Origin: Ignicoccus pacificus DSM 13166
Lineage (GTDB): Archaea; Thermoproteota; Thermoprotei_A; Sulfolobales; Ignicoccaceae
Direction of reading: 5' to 3'
DNA length: 32,000 nt
Assembly (NCBI GenBank): GCA_025340205.1
Contig: CP006868.1
Span: 120,001 to 152,000, forward strand
The notes under the pieces were generated by a model. The model worked only from the letters and a program-made list of their open reading frames with translations. It did not search any database and was not told the DNA's origin. Shown here piece by piece: positions 16,719 through 25,251 of the stretch; positions within the stretch are counted from its first letter, which is position 1; every line of letters begins with the position of its first letter. Position numbers and translations under genes: made by a program.

Positions 16719-17495
16719 ATGAAAAAGGTACTATTTTTCACCTTAATTTTTCTAATACCCATCCTCGCCTCTCAAATTACGGTAACCGTCACGCCACCTT
16801 ACTTCATTGTTCCAGTAAACAACACGATAACCATGGCAGTGAACGTCTGCTGTGCCCCTCAAACGGTCGATCTCTTGACGGTCACCTTAGGCGACAATCC
16901 AGTTACAATAGTGAGAACCCTAGACCTAATAGTGCCTAAGGGGGCGTACCCGATAAACTTGATAATAAAACTTAGTAACAACATGGTCAACTATACAACC
17001 GTAGCGCCTCTGGTAGTTAAGGCGACACCCCCTTCAGTGACTATTACAGATTACGTCCACTTAGAGGTGGGATATTTAGAAGGTACCATAGGGATAAACG
17101 CCACTCTGCAAGTAGGTAATTACACACCCAATTGGAACAACTACATCACAATAACGAAGACAGTCACTGAGACCTATACTATGTATATTAGGGAAACCAC
17201 TACGATAAATAACACCATAGTCTCAGTAGTCCTTTCTACCATAGTTACCACTATGATTAGAACCGTGACTAGATTGATTCCAGAGACGTTTACTGAAACA
17301 TTGACAATGGCATTCAATATAACTCACATAATAACACAAACTTGGACGCAGTCGTGTAAACTACTGATATCTACTACCACAGTGACTACGACAGTTACGA
17401 AGAACTGGTTCAAGTTCTCAATACCTAGCGTTGCCCTACTAGCTCCGTTGATCCGAGGGATATGGAGAAAGCGTAAGGAGAACGGAAGGCAATGA
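16719..17495 (+). CDS. Secreted, C-terminally membrane-anchored Thr/Val-rich surface protein (hypothetical)
   Basis: The signal peptide is MKKVLFFTLIFLIPILAS/QI. The body is beta-rich and T/V/I-rich with at least 6 sequons. The C-terminal hydrophobic segment IPSVALLAPLIRGIW is followed by RKRKENGRQ. It starts 6 nt after the previous stop and is preceded by GGTGATAGGAG. Confidence 0.7.
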   Translation: MKKVLFFTLIFLIPILASQITVTVTPPYFIVPVNNTITMAVNVCCAPQTVDLLTVTLGDNPVTIVRTLDLIVPKGAYPINLIIKLSNNMVNYTTVAPLVVKATPPSVTITDYVHLEVGYLEGTIGINATLQVGNYTPNWNNYITITKTVTETYTMYIRETTTINNTIVSVVLSTIVTTMIRTVTRLIPETFTETLTMAFNITHIITQTWTQSCKLLISTTTVTTTVTKNWFKFSIPSVALLAPLIRGIWRKRKENGRQ

Positions 17496-17632
17496 GTTCT
17501 TTCAAGTAACTTTTAGGACTTATGTATTGACTGTAAGTATCTATTCCAAGGTACTTTTTAGAAACATGATTACTATGACAAGTAGTTCGTAAATGATGGG
17601 TGTGCGAGCTCATGAGAGGTATTGGGAGTAAT

Positions 17633-17711
17633 TGGTGCGGCGGCCGGGATTTGAACCCGGGATCACCGGCTTGGGAGGCCGGCATCCTAGTCCAGGCTAG
17701 ACGACCGCCGC
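17633..17711 (-). tRNA. tRNA-Gly (anticodon CCC), 3' CCA encoded
   Basis: Hand-folded cloverleaf: GCGGCGG UC GUCU AGCCUGGACUA GGAU G CCGGC CUCCCAA GCCGG UGAUC CCGGG UUCAAAU CCCGG CCGCCGC A CCA. The anticodon is at 17673-17675. Confidence 0.9.
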
Positions 17712-17737
17712 ACCCACGGAGAGGGGAAGGCATTGAG

Positions 17738-17745
17738 TTAATAAG
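17738..17745 (-). promoter_or_regulatory. TATA-like box (CTTATTAA on the minus strand) upstream of tRNA-Gly
   Basis: It is centred about 30 nt upstream of the tRNA 5' end (17711), the typical archaeal TATA spacing. Confidence 0.4.
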
Positions 17746-17751
17746 CTGTGC

Positions 17752-18282
17752 TCAGCTGGTTAGATCGAATACGATTAATCCTAGCAACACGCCTCCTATC
17801 AAGTCGAGCGGGTAATGTTTGCAGAGCACCAATCTGCTCAAGTCAACTTCTATGGAGTAGCTCCACGCTATGGGAGATAGGAAAGGAATATACTTCGTAA
17901 CAAGCAGCGCTAGGTAGGTAGATATAGCAGCGTGTCCGGAAGGATAACCAAGTCTCTCTATTTCACAACCCCGAGGAATGCTCAAAGGTCTGGGTCTCAT
18001 GAATAGGCATTTCAATACAAGGTCAGAAATTGCGACAATCAAGATACCTAGAAGAGGTGAGTAGAAATTAGGCGAATCCTCGATGTAGAGTATCAAGGAT
18101 ATAATGAATGGAATTACAAATGCAGTTACATATATGGACATACTGAGCATCTTTGCTATTAGCCTGTAAGAGTGCACGTGAGGACAAGGGATGACGTTAG
18201 AGTCGGGGCCTAACGCTACTAGCACATCCAAGAGCGCGCTCGGAATCAACGAGCCCCCCAGAACTTTATTCTGAGTCCACAT
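17752..18282 (-). CDS. PAP2-superfamily (type 2 phosphatidic acid / undecaprenyl-PP-type) membrane phosphatase
   Basis: All three PAP2 motifs are present: KCLFMRPRP (Kx6RP), YPSGHAA (PSGH) and SRLVLCKHYPLD (SRx5Hx3D). The protein has several TM helices. Confidence 0.8.
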   Translation of the reverse strand: MWTQNKVLGGSLIPSALLDVLVALGPDSNVIPCPHVHSYRLIAKMLSMSIYVTAFVIPFIISLILYIEDSPNFYSPLLGILIVAISDLVLKCLFMRPRPLSIPRGCEIERLGYPSGHAAISTYLALLVTKYIPFLSPIAWSYSIEVDLSRLVLCKHYPLDLIGGVLLGLIVFDLTS

Positions 18283-18305
18283 GAAAGGAGCACGATGGTG
18301 ACGAG

Positions 18306-18875
18306 ATGGTAAGGTACAAGAGAATAGCAGAGATTGCTTGGAGCGCCTCGTGCCTAGTTAGGACCGGGTGGATGCAGAGAGGAGTTCCCCCCTCGATGGG
18401 GGAAACGGTAGCGATTCACTCCTTTTCAGCATCCTTGATAGCGTATGAAATGGCCTTGGAACTGAAGGAACAAGGAATAGAGCTCGATCCCGAGAAGGCT
18501 GCCCTAATAGCTCTCTACCATGACTTGCCCGAGGTCATAGTAGGAGACTTGCCCAAGTGGAGCACCGACAGGGCGAACTATGTAAAGGAGGCACTGGAGA
18601 AGGAAGCTATAGGTGCTTTGAGAAAGTGGATGAAGGGAATAGACCTAGCGGAGGAATATATGATCAAAAGCAAGGAGGCGATAGTGGCGAAGCTAGCGGA
18701 AATCATATCAACATACTACCAAGCGGAGAGGTACGTAAAGATGGGAATGACGAGAGTGGAGGAGATAATGGTAACGATGAGAGAATCCGCGTGGAAAGCA
18801 GTAGCGAAGGCGGAGAAGATAGATCCGAAGTTGGGAAAGGCGATGAGAGAGATACTCATAAAGGAGGGTCTTTGA
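18306..18875 (+). CDS. HD-domain metal-dependent phosphohydrolase (YfbR/COG1896-like 5'-nucleotidase family)
   Basis: AIHSFSAS followed by ALYHDLPEVIVGDLP gives the H...HD...D metal-ligand pattern. Length is 189 aa. Confidence 0.75.
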   Translation: MVRYKRIAEIAWSASCLVRTGWMQRGVPPSMGETVAIHSFSASLIAYEMALELKEQGIELDPEKAALIALYHDLPEVIVGDLPKWSTDRANYVKEALEKEAIGALRKWMKGIDLAEEYMIKSKEAIVAKLAEIISTYYQAERYVKMGMTRVEEIMVTMRESAWKAVAKAEKIDPKLGKAMREILIKEGL

Positions 18876-18988
18876 GGTACGCCAAGAAATGCTTGAACTG
18901 CGGGCTTTACTTCCCCGAAGACTTCAAGCTATGTCCGCTTTGTGGGTCCGTGCTGATCGATGAGCGGGCTCCCTCTCCTGAAGGGTGA
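18872..18988 (+). CDS. Possible 38-aa zinc-ribbon mini-protein
   Basis: The TTG start overlaps the HD gene stop (TTGA) and lies 3 nt after AAGGAGGG. The translation is LRYAKKCLNCGLYFPEDFKLCPLCGSVLIDERAPSPEG, with a CxxC-x14-CxxC pattern. Only this tail of the 18557-18988 ORF lies outside the HD coding frame. Confidence 0.4.
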   Translation: MRYAKKCLNCGLYFPEDFKLCPLCGSVLIDERAPSPEG

Positions 18989-19060
18989 TGAGTTCAGCCT
19001 TGTGCGAGATCGAAGCTTCAAGTTGAATAAGAGGGACTCTTTTCAAACTCCGGTGAGAAC

Positions 19061-19291
19061 ATGGCTAAGATGAGGCTCGGAATAGTAATCTACAAGGAGC
19101 AAGACGAGAGCGGTACCTACTATCTAGCGATAGAGCCCTTAAGCGGCGCTCAAGTACAAGGAGATACCATTGAAGAAGCCGTCGAGAAGATAAAGGAAGA
19201 GATAGTGAAGATGGGTAGCGCTTGGTGTGAGTCCGAACTGAAGGAGGCAGTAGATGCTAGAATAATAGAAGTTGAGTTGCCAGAGGAGTGA
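19061..19291 (+). CDS. HicB-like / UPF0150-fold small protein (no DNA-binding domain, no HicA partner)
   Basis: GIVIYKEQDESGTYYLAIEPLSGAQVQGDTIEEAVEKIKEEI matches the HicB N-domain pattern (y.v...ed.dG.yva.vPel.G..tqGeT.eEA..n..eAi). Length is 76 aa. Confidence 0.65.
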   Translation: MAKMRLGIVIYKEQDESGTYYLAIEPLSGAQVQGDTIEEAVEKIKEEIVKMGSAWCESELKEAVDARIIEVELPEE

Positions 19292-19297
19292 TTTTTC

Positions 19298-20344
19298 TTG
19301 CTATGGTTGGTGTATACTACCTCCAAGTGTAACTTAACTTGCAAGTACTGCGGAGGATCCTGGCCTCCTGAAGTCATGCCTCCCTATCCAAAGTATAGCG
19401 TGGGACAGCTGAAGGAGTACTTGGAGAAGGTGGACAACGATCCCGCCGTAGTCTTTTATGGAGGAGAACCCCTTCTCAATCCCAAGTTTATCGTCGAGGT
19501 TATGGATAATATTGAGGCAATATACGGAATACAAACTAACGGAACCCTCCACCACTTACTTCCACCTAGGTATTGGGAGAGGTTCAGTAACGTCTTGATC
19601 TCGATAGATGGGCCCGAGGAGTTCAACGACTCTAGGAGAGGGAGGGGGAGCTACAGAAAGGCTGTGGAACTGGCTGAGAAGGTTAAGAGTTTGGGCGTCC
19701 CTAGGGTAATCGCTAGGATGGCGGTGGATCAAGAAAGCGATATCTTTAGGGACGTCACCCACTTACTGAAGATATTCACGCACGTGCACTGGCAGCTTTC
19801 CGTTGACTGGGTGGAGAAATGGAACCTTAGGGAATGGGCGGAGAGGAGCTACTTGCCGGGCATAGCAAAGCTCGCCGAGCTCTTCGCCAGAACCTACGAG
19901 GATGAAGGAAGACTCTTAGGGATAATACCCTTCATAGCCCTGTTGAAGGCCTATAGAAATCCTTGGAAGGGAATCCCCTGCGGAGCGGGCTACGAAGCTT
20001 ATGCTGTACTCACCGACGGAAGGGTTACCGCTTGTCCCATAGCCGCTAGGGAGAGCTGGGCCTTGGCTGGTCATGTTTGGGAGCCGGAGAGGCCTAAGGA
20101 GATAAGGCCGAAGGGAGCTCCTTGCGAAAGCTGCGAGTACAGAGGACTTTGCGGTGGGAGATGTCTCTATTGGCTAATGGAGAGATACTGGGGAGATGAG
20201 GGGATGAAGGAAATATGCTGGGTCACTAAGAGATTCATAGATATATTCTTCGAGAAAGTCGGAAGCTTAGTGGAGAAGATGAGTATGGAGAAAGAGGTAG
20301 AGGAGTATTCGCCAACCATCGATTCGACGGAAGCGATACCTTAA
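19298..20344 (+). CDS. Radical SAM enzyme with a C-terminal SPASM domain (peptide/protein-maturase type)
   Basis: CNLTCKYC (Cx3Cx2C) lies 11 aa from the N-terminus, followed by VFYGGEPLL. The C-terminus carries CGAGYEAYAVLTDGRVTAC and CESCEYRGLCGGRC, which is exactly Cx2Cx5Cx3C. The TTG start is 6 nt after the preceding stop. Confidence 0.85.
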   Translation: MLWLVYTTSKCNLTCKYCGGSWPPEVMPPYPKYSVGQLKEYLEKVDNDPAVVFYGGEPLLNPKFIVEVMDNIEAIYGIQTNGTLHHLLPPRYWERFSNVLISIDGPEEFNDSRRGRGSYRKAVELAEKVKSLGVPRVIARMAVDQESDIFRDVTHLLKIFTHVHWQLSVDWVEKWNLREWAERSYLPGIAKLAELFARTYEDEGRLLGIIPFIALLKAYRNPWKGIPCGAGYEAYAVLTDGRVTACPIAARESWALAGHVWEPERPKEIRPKGAPCESCEYRGLCGGRCLYWLMERYWGDEGMKEICWVTKRFIDIFFEKVGSLVEKMSMEKEVEEYSPTIDSTEAIP

Positions 20345-20649
20345 CACTTAGTCTCTATTCCCGTTTCCTCCTCTACCTCATCGAAGCCCTCCTTTATCAT
20401 AGCCTTGAGCTCCGGGTCGTATTTGAGGAGTAAAGCCAAGAACTCCCCCACGTGCTCCTTCTCCTCTTTGGCCACGTCCATAAATACCTTCTTCACGTTC
20501 TCATCTTCTATGGCTTCAGCTAACTGTTCGTAGAAGTTTATGGCATCAAGCTCAGCTATTATTCCCCACCTAATCGCTTGAAGGATTCCCTTCTCGTCGA
20601 GCTTTTTACCTTTAACGTTTAAGGGGTTCTCACCTAGCACGGATTGCAC
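20341..20649 (-). CDS. Two-helix ferritin-like protein resembling encapsulated ferritin (EncFtn family)
   Basis: IIAELDAINFYEQ....VAKEEKEHVGEF gives E-x29-E-x2-H spacing. This equals the EncFtn ferroxidase ligands as I recall them (Glu32/Glu62/His65 in Rhodospirillum rubrum). Length is 102 aa, with an acidic tail ending in ...GIETKC. Confidence 0.7.
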   Translation of the reverse strand: MQSVLGENPLNVKGKKLDEKGILQAIRWGIIAELDAINFYEQLAEAIEDENVKKVFMDVAKEEKEHVGEFLALLLKYDPELKAMIKEGFDEVEEETGIETKC

Positions 20650-20785
20650 CGAGAACTAGGCTCAACGGATACTAAAGAGTATGGAGCGAATCGCTCGGTC
20701 TGCCCCTCTCAAGTACTTGCTGAACTGCGAAGTCCGAGAGAGCGTTTTAAGGAGCGGTCTGCCTACTAGCGAGGAGGTAAGAATA

Positions 20786-22561
20786 ATGGCAGTAAAGGGC
20801 AAAGTACTCCGTGTTAGAGGCCCAGTAGTCATCGCTGAGAACATGCAAGGAGTTCAGATGTACGAGGTCGTGGAGGTAGGCAAGGAAGGCCTCGTCGGTG
20901 AGGTTACTAGAATCACCGGCGATAAGGCGGTAATCCAAGTCTACGAGGACACCACCGGAATTACCCCCGGAGAGCCCGTCGTAGGTACCGGCTCTCCCTT
21001 CAGCGTAGAGCTCGGACCCGGACTCTTGAGCCACATCTTCGACGGTATCTTGAGGCCTCTGGAGAGCATTTACGACGTAGCTAAGTCTCCCTTCATTAGG
21101 AGGGGTATCAAGGTCCCCTCCTTGGACAGGAACAAGAAGTGGAGCTGGACCCCCAATCCCGAGCTAAAGCCCGGTGACAAGGTCTCCGGAGGCGACATTC
21201 TAGGTACTGTCCCTGAGACCGAGCTAATCGAGCACAAGGTAATGGTACCTCCGGGAATAAGGGGTACCCTGAAGGAGATCGCCCCTCCGGGAGAGTACAC
21301 CATTGAGGATACCATAGCAGTATTGGAGCACGAGGGTAAGAAGATAGAGCTCAAGATGTATCACAAGTGGCCTATAAGGAAGCCGAGGCCAGTGATCGAG
21401 AAGTTCGAGCCTACCACCCCTCTGATCACCGGAGTTAGGGTCTTGGACACCTTGTTCCCCATGGCCAAGGGAGGAACCGGAGCCATCCCCGGACCCTTCG
21501 GATCCGGTAAGACCGTGACCTTGAGGACCCTAGCGGCTTGGAGCGACGCCAGAGTAGTCATCTACGTGGGATGTGGAGAGAGAGGAAACGAGATGACCGA
21601 CGTGTTGGTGAACTTCCCCCACTACAAGGACCCGTGGTCCGGTAAGCCACTAATGGACAGAACCATCCTAGTCGCCAACACCTCCAACATGCCCGTCGCA
21701 GCGAGAGAGGCGAGCATCTACGTGGGTGTGACCCTGGCGGAGTACTACAGGGACATGGGCTACGACTCCCTGCTGATCGCCGACTCCACCTCCAGATGGG
21801 CCGAGGCCCTAAGAGACATCGCCGGAAGAATGGAGGAGATGCCAGCCGAGGAGGGCTTCCCGCCCTACCTAGCCTCCAGGCTGGCGGAGTACTACGAGAG
21901 AGCTGGCAGGGCCAGGATACCCGGAAAGCCGGAGAGGATAGGAAGCGTCACCATAGCCTCGGCGGTATCTCCGCCGGGAGGAGACTTCAGCGAGCCGGTA
22001 ACGAGCCACACCAGGAGGTTCGTGAGGGTCTTCTGGGCCCTCGACGCCAGCCTGGCTTACGCGAGGCACTATCCAGCGATCAACTGGCTGACCTCCTACA
22101 GCCTGTACGTGGATACCGTCCAGAAGTGGTGGCATGAGAACATCGATCCTAGGTGGAGGGAGTACAGAGATGAGATGATGAACATCTTGCTAAGGGAGGA
22201 CGAGCTAAAGGAGATAGTGAGGCTAGTGGGACCTGAGAGCCTAAGCGAGCCCGATAAGCTAATCATTGAGACCGCTAGGATAATCAAGGAGGGCTTCCTA
22301 CAGCAGAACGCCTTCGATCCAATAGACGCCTTCTGTGCTCCTAGGAAGCAGTTCATTATGATGAAGATAATCATAGACTTCTATAGGAAGGCTAGGGATC
22401 TAGTGAACGCCGGAGTACCGGTAGCCAAGATAAGGGAGGCTACCAAGGAGGAGATAGCCGAACTCATAAGGAGCAGGTACACCGTGAAGAACGACGAGCT
22501 AGACAAGCTGGAGGCTCTCTACGAGAGGCTCATGCAGAAGCTAGCCTCTCTTACCGCCTAA
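20786..22561 (+). CDS. atpA: A/V-type ATP synthase catalytic subunit A
   Basis: The Walker A motif is GPFGSGKT. Full-length similarity runs from [18 protein letters not shown] through [13 protein letters not shown] to the non-homologous region. ATG 20786 is preceded by GAGGAGGT. The ORF-track start at 20681 adds 35 unlikely residues. At 591 aa it contains no intein. Confidence 0.95.
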   Translation: MAVKGKVLRVRGPVVIAENMQGVQMYEVVEVGKEGLVGEVTRITGDKAVIQVYEDTTGITPGEPVVGTGSPFSVELGPGLLSHIFDGILRPLESIYDVAKSPFIRRGIKVPSLDRNKKWSWTPNPELKPGDKVSGGDILGTVPETELIEHKVMVPPGIRGTLKEIAPPGEYTIEDTIAVLEHEGKKIELKMYHKWPIRKPRPVIEKFEPTTPLITGVRVLDTLFPMAKGGTGAIPGPFGSGKTVTLRTLAAWSDARVVIYVGCGERGNEMTDVLVNFPHYKDPWSGKPLMDRTILVANTSNMPVAAREASIYVGVTLAEYYRDMGYDSLLIADSTSRWAEALRDIAGRMEEMPAEEGFPPYLASRLAEYYERAGRARIPGKPERIGSVTIASAVSPPGGDFSEPVTSHTRRFVRVFWALDASLAYARHYPAINWLTSYSLYVDTVQKWWHENIDPRWREYRDEMMNILLREDELKEIVRLVGPESLSEPDKLIIETARIIKEGFLQQNAFDPIDAFCAPRKQFIMMKIIIDFYRKARDLVNAGVPVAKIREATKEEIAELIRSRYTVKNDELDKLEALYERLMQKLASLTA

Positions 22562-23285
22562 GGAGTTTTTCCCTGAGCTCTCGCAGTAATGGTATCTCCT
22601 CCACTTTTCTCGGGTCCATTAGTTTCCACAGTATCCCCTTAGGTCTAGGCAATCCTCCGAATTCCAAGGTCCTCGTAGGGGTAAAGGCCTTGCTCAGAGG
22701 CGCGTCCCACGGATCTTGAGGCAAGGGAGGAGGCAGTACTTGGAGATCGTGGACTGTCGTGAATATAGGAGTCTTATCATCTATCAAGCCTATCTCCTTC
22801 AATATTCCGTGCTCTATGTCACCGTAGCCAGCTCCCTTACCTATCCTCCTCCCCTCCGTATCTATCGCTACCGAACCCTCAATTATCAAGTCAATATTTC
22901 CTATAGTCTGAAGCTCTTCTAAGGTCTTGAGCTTCCTCCCATAAATAAATGCCCCTCTTATGGTCGACGCCTTACGATAGTCAAACGGAGCGATCTTCTT
23001 GGGATCCAATAATAGGAAGCCTTCCTTGAGCCTAGGTGTTGCCATTAGTAGGAGCTTTCCCTCCTCCAGCGCACTGAGCCTGACCCACCTCTGAGGGCTA
23101 TCCGGGTTGCACTTCACCACGCTGGCTTCTATCCATTCTTTCGACCCTCTAAGTCTCTCGGCTGCCTCCTTGGCTCCCTTGAAGTTAGGAATTCTCCCCC
23201 TAATCGGAAAAGGAGGCAATGCCACCTTTTTCTCAACTAATAGCTTCCAAACGTGCTCTCTAACCTCTTGTTTACTCCTCCACAA
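22551..23285 (-). CDS. 5-formyltetrahydrofolate cyclo-ligase family protein (COG0212)
   Basis: Family-like pattern: N-terminal [12 protein letters not shown], then [25 protein letters not shown]. Length is 244 aa. The true substrate in archaea is uncertain. Confidence 0.65.
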   Translation of the reverse strand: MWRSKQEVREHVWKLLVEKKVALPPFPIRGRIPNFKGAKEAAERLRGSKEWIEASVVKCNPDSPQRWVRLSALEEGKLLLMATPRLKEGFLLLDPKKIAPFDYRKASTIRGAFIYGRKLKTLEELQTIGNIDLIIEGSVAIDTEGRRIGKGAGYGDIEHGILKEIGLIDDKTPIFTTVHDLQVLPPPLPQDPWDAPLSKAFTPTRTLEFGGLPRPKGILWKLMDPRKVEEIPLLRELREKLLRR

Positions 23286-23306
23286 GCCCTTTCCCGGAGC
23301 TAAGCG

Positions 23307-23897
23307 ATGAGGATCAGTAAGAAAGCACTGGAGTTAGAGCTGGAGCGAGTTCCAGAGAAGGTTGGAAGGCTTGGAGTTAGGTATGAACAATATCCGACGC
23401 CTTCCTACGTAGCGGCCGACGTCTTGTGGGAGGCCTACGTTAGGGGTGACATCGAGGGTAAGATGGTATTGGATTTGGGGTGTGGGACGGGAAGGCTTGC
23501 CTATGGTGTCGAGCTTTTGGGAGGTAGAGCACTTTGCGTCGAGCTCGATGAAACCTTGCTTCAAGAATCTCCATGTCTCGAGAAGGCCAAGGCCTTTATC
23601 CCTTACGTTCCTTCTAGGAAGGTAGATACGGTGATAATGAATCCGCCCTATGGAACAAAGAGGAAGAAGGCGGACAAACCTTTCTGGGATATAGCACTCG
23701 AACTCTCAAGGAGCGTTTACTCAATACAGCCTTGGGCTGAGGGCTTGTTCAACGTCATAAGGAGGAATGCCCTCTCGAAGGGATTCAAGTGTGAAGTGTT
23801 GAAGGTGTACGAGTATCATTTGAAGATGCTATACTCGTTCCACAAAAGTAGGAGAAAGAGGATGGAGGTAGCACTCTATCACTGCTTTAAGCCTTAG
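23307..23897 (+). CDS. SAM-dependent methyltransferase, COG2263/METTL5-like (NPPY-type)
   Basis: Motif I is [14 protein letters not shown] and motif IV is MNPPYG. Length is 196 aa. Confidence 0.7.
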   Translation: MRISKKALELELERVPEKVGRLGVRYEQYPTPSYVAADVLWEAYVRGDIEGKMVLDLGCGTGRLAYGVELLGGRALCVELDETLLQESPCLEKAKAFIPYVPSRKVDTVIMNPPYGTKRKKADKPFWDIALELSRSVYSIQPWAEGLFNVIRRNALSKGFKCEVLKVYEYHLKMLYSFHKSRRKRMEVALYHCFKP

Positions 23898-24712
23898 AGA
23901 ACCGCTGCCTCAAGGGAGTTACAACAAGAGCATTCTTCGGGTTCCTCGGGAATCTTAGGTATTACGTCATAGAGCAGCTTCTTGGCGTTTGCTATATTCC
24001 TGTTCATAGTTTCAATTACTTCCTTAGCGTCTACAGGCTTCTCGGCCCAGACGTCGTAGTCAGTGACCATGGCTACGGTGGCATAGCATATCTGGGCCTC
24101 ACAAGCTAAGTTAACCTCGGGAACTAAGGTCATTCCTATTATGTCGGCCTTGAAGACATCCTTCCATATCTTACTCTCCGCCCTAGTAGAGAACCTGGGT
24201 CCTTCGATGCATACATAGGTTCCCTTTTCATGAACCGTTATTCCTAGGCTCTTCGCACTTTCAATTATTACCTTCCTCAAGCTCTCACAGAAGGGATCGG
24301 CCATGCTTACGTGCGCCACTAGAGGCCCCTCGAAGAAGGTTAGATCCCTCTTCCCCTTTGTCATATCAATGAATTGATCAGGAACGACGAAGTGACCCGG
24401 GGCGTAGTCCTCCCTCAAGCTGCCTACAGCAGAGACGCTTATGATGTACTTAACTCCCAAGCTCTTTAATGCCCATATGTTGGCCCTGAAGTTTATCTTG
24501 TGCGGAGGTATCTTGTGACCCCTTCCATGCCTTGGAAGGAAAGCGACCCTTCTTCCCTTTATGGTTCCCAGAAGGATGTTGTCGCTGGGAAGGCCGTAGG
24601 GAGTGTAAACCTTGAGCTCCTTAGTATCCTCCAAGATTTCCGGGTCATATAGTCCAGAACCACCTATGATCGCTATCTCAGCCTTGGCTCCCGGCTCCGG
24701 AGGGAACATCAT
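23894..24712 (-). CDS. mtnP: S-methyl-5'-thioadenosine phosphorylase (MTAP, PNP family)
   Basis: [27 protein letters not shown] and GMTLVPE motifs are present. The C-terminal CSCC cluster recalls the CXC disulfide motif described for hyperthermophile MTAPs. Confidence 0.9.
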   Translation of the reverse strand: MMFPPEPGAKAEIAIIGGSGLYDPEILEDTKELKVYTPYGLPSDNILLGTIKGRRVAFLPRHGRGHKIPPHKINFRANIWALKSLGVKYIISVSAVGSLREDYAPGHFVVPDQFIDMTKGKRDLTFFEGPLVAHVSMADPFCESLRKVIIESAKSLGITVHEKGTYVCIEGPRFSTRAESKIWKDVFKADIIGMTLVPEVNLACEAQICYATVAMVTDYDVWAEKPVDAKEVIETMNRNIANAKKLLYDVIPKIPEEPEECSCCNSLEAAVL

Positions 24713-24780
24713 CTTCCTTGACCCAGTTGAGACTAGGCTAAGACTTAGGAAGAGAGGAGCGATGAGGTGAGAAAGGGGTA

Positions 24781-25203
24781 TTACGAGGAGAGCTCGGAGA
24801 AGAGGAGCTCCTCGAAGGCCTCGGGGTTGTGACCGCTTTCAAGCCAGTAGAGCTTGTTTCCCTTAGCCCAGAAGGCCGCTGGAAACTCCTCTCTACCAGT
24901 GAGGGTCGGTATCATTACTATGGTTACTGGAATTCCCTTTATGTTTCTTTGCTCAACCTTGCTAAATCCGAAGAAGTCCTTGAGAGCGGTTACAGTTTCG
25001 TTGAGCCAGTTGTAATATGCCTTAGCCTTTTGTTCATCCGGGAACTCAAAGATCCATTCAAAGCTCCCGTCCTCGAACCTCTTGACTTTGGTTTTGTTGG
25101 GATCTAAGTTCCCCGAGGAGACCATAGTTTTCGCTAATGCCGTCCTCATGTTTTCGAAGATCTTGAAGGCGTCGAGTCCTTCTAGCTGAGCAACAACTCT
25201 CAT
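24781..25203 (-). CDS. Hypothetical protein (140 aa)
   Basis: Open frame with an ATG preceded by GGGAGGAGG. No recognisable motif. Confidence 0.5.
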   Translation of the reverse strand: MRVVAQLEGLDAFKIFENMRTALAKTMVSSGNLDPNKTKVKRFEDGSFEWIFEFPDEQKAKAYYNWLNETVTALKDFFGFSKVEQRNIKGIPVTIVMIPTLTGREEFPAAFWAKGNKLYWLESGHNPEAFEELLFSELSS

Positions 25204-25251
25204 ACTTGCCTCCTCCCAACCTCAGTAGGCGGGAAGGGATAAAGGAGTGGG

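Noticed and set aside
16287-16939. Overlapping ORFs 16287-16472 (-) and 16700-16939 (+)
   Set aside because: They are embedded in, or out of frame with, the two signal-peptide-bearing genes. They have no start context or motifs.
14100-17711. An integrated virus or plasmid at tRNA-Gly (AT-richer region abutting the tRNA 3' side)
   Set aside because: I found no integrase, no viral or plasmid hallmark genes, and no direct repeat of the tRNA 3' half. The only match was a 9-nt GAACCCGGC-like string at about 15325, which is not significant. Composition alone is insufficient, so I kept this only as a caveat in the surface-protein finding.
17425-17815. ORFs 17425-17733 (-) and 17600-17815 (+)
   Set aside because: Both run straight through the tRNA-Gly gene and its flanks, and the tRNA fold fully explains the sequence.
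18557-18871. The 5' part of the 143-aa ORF overlapping the HD-hydrolase gene in another frame (G/E/D/S-rich)
   Set aside because: This is an alternative frame of a purine-rich coding region with low-complexity translation. Only the final 38 codons beyond the HD stop look like a real zinc ribbon, and those are reported separately.
19061-19291. A HicAB toxin-antitoxin module
   Set aside because: Only the HicB-like fold is present. There is no HicA-like ORF (a small dsRBD-fold toxin) on either side, and the protein lacks a DNA-binding C-terminal domain. It is better treated as a stand-alone UPF0150-type protein.
20681-20785. A 35-codon N-terminal extension of atpA (ORF-track start at 20681)
   Set aside because: ATG 20786 is preceded by GAGGAGGT and yields the canonical MAVKGK... 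subunit-A N-terminus. The extension would also cover the probable promoter (TTTTAAGG near 20744-20751).
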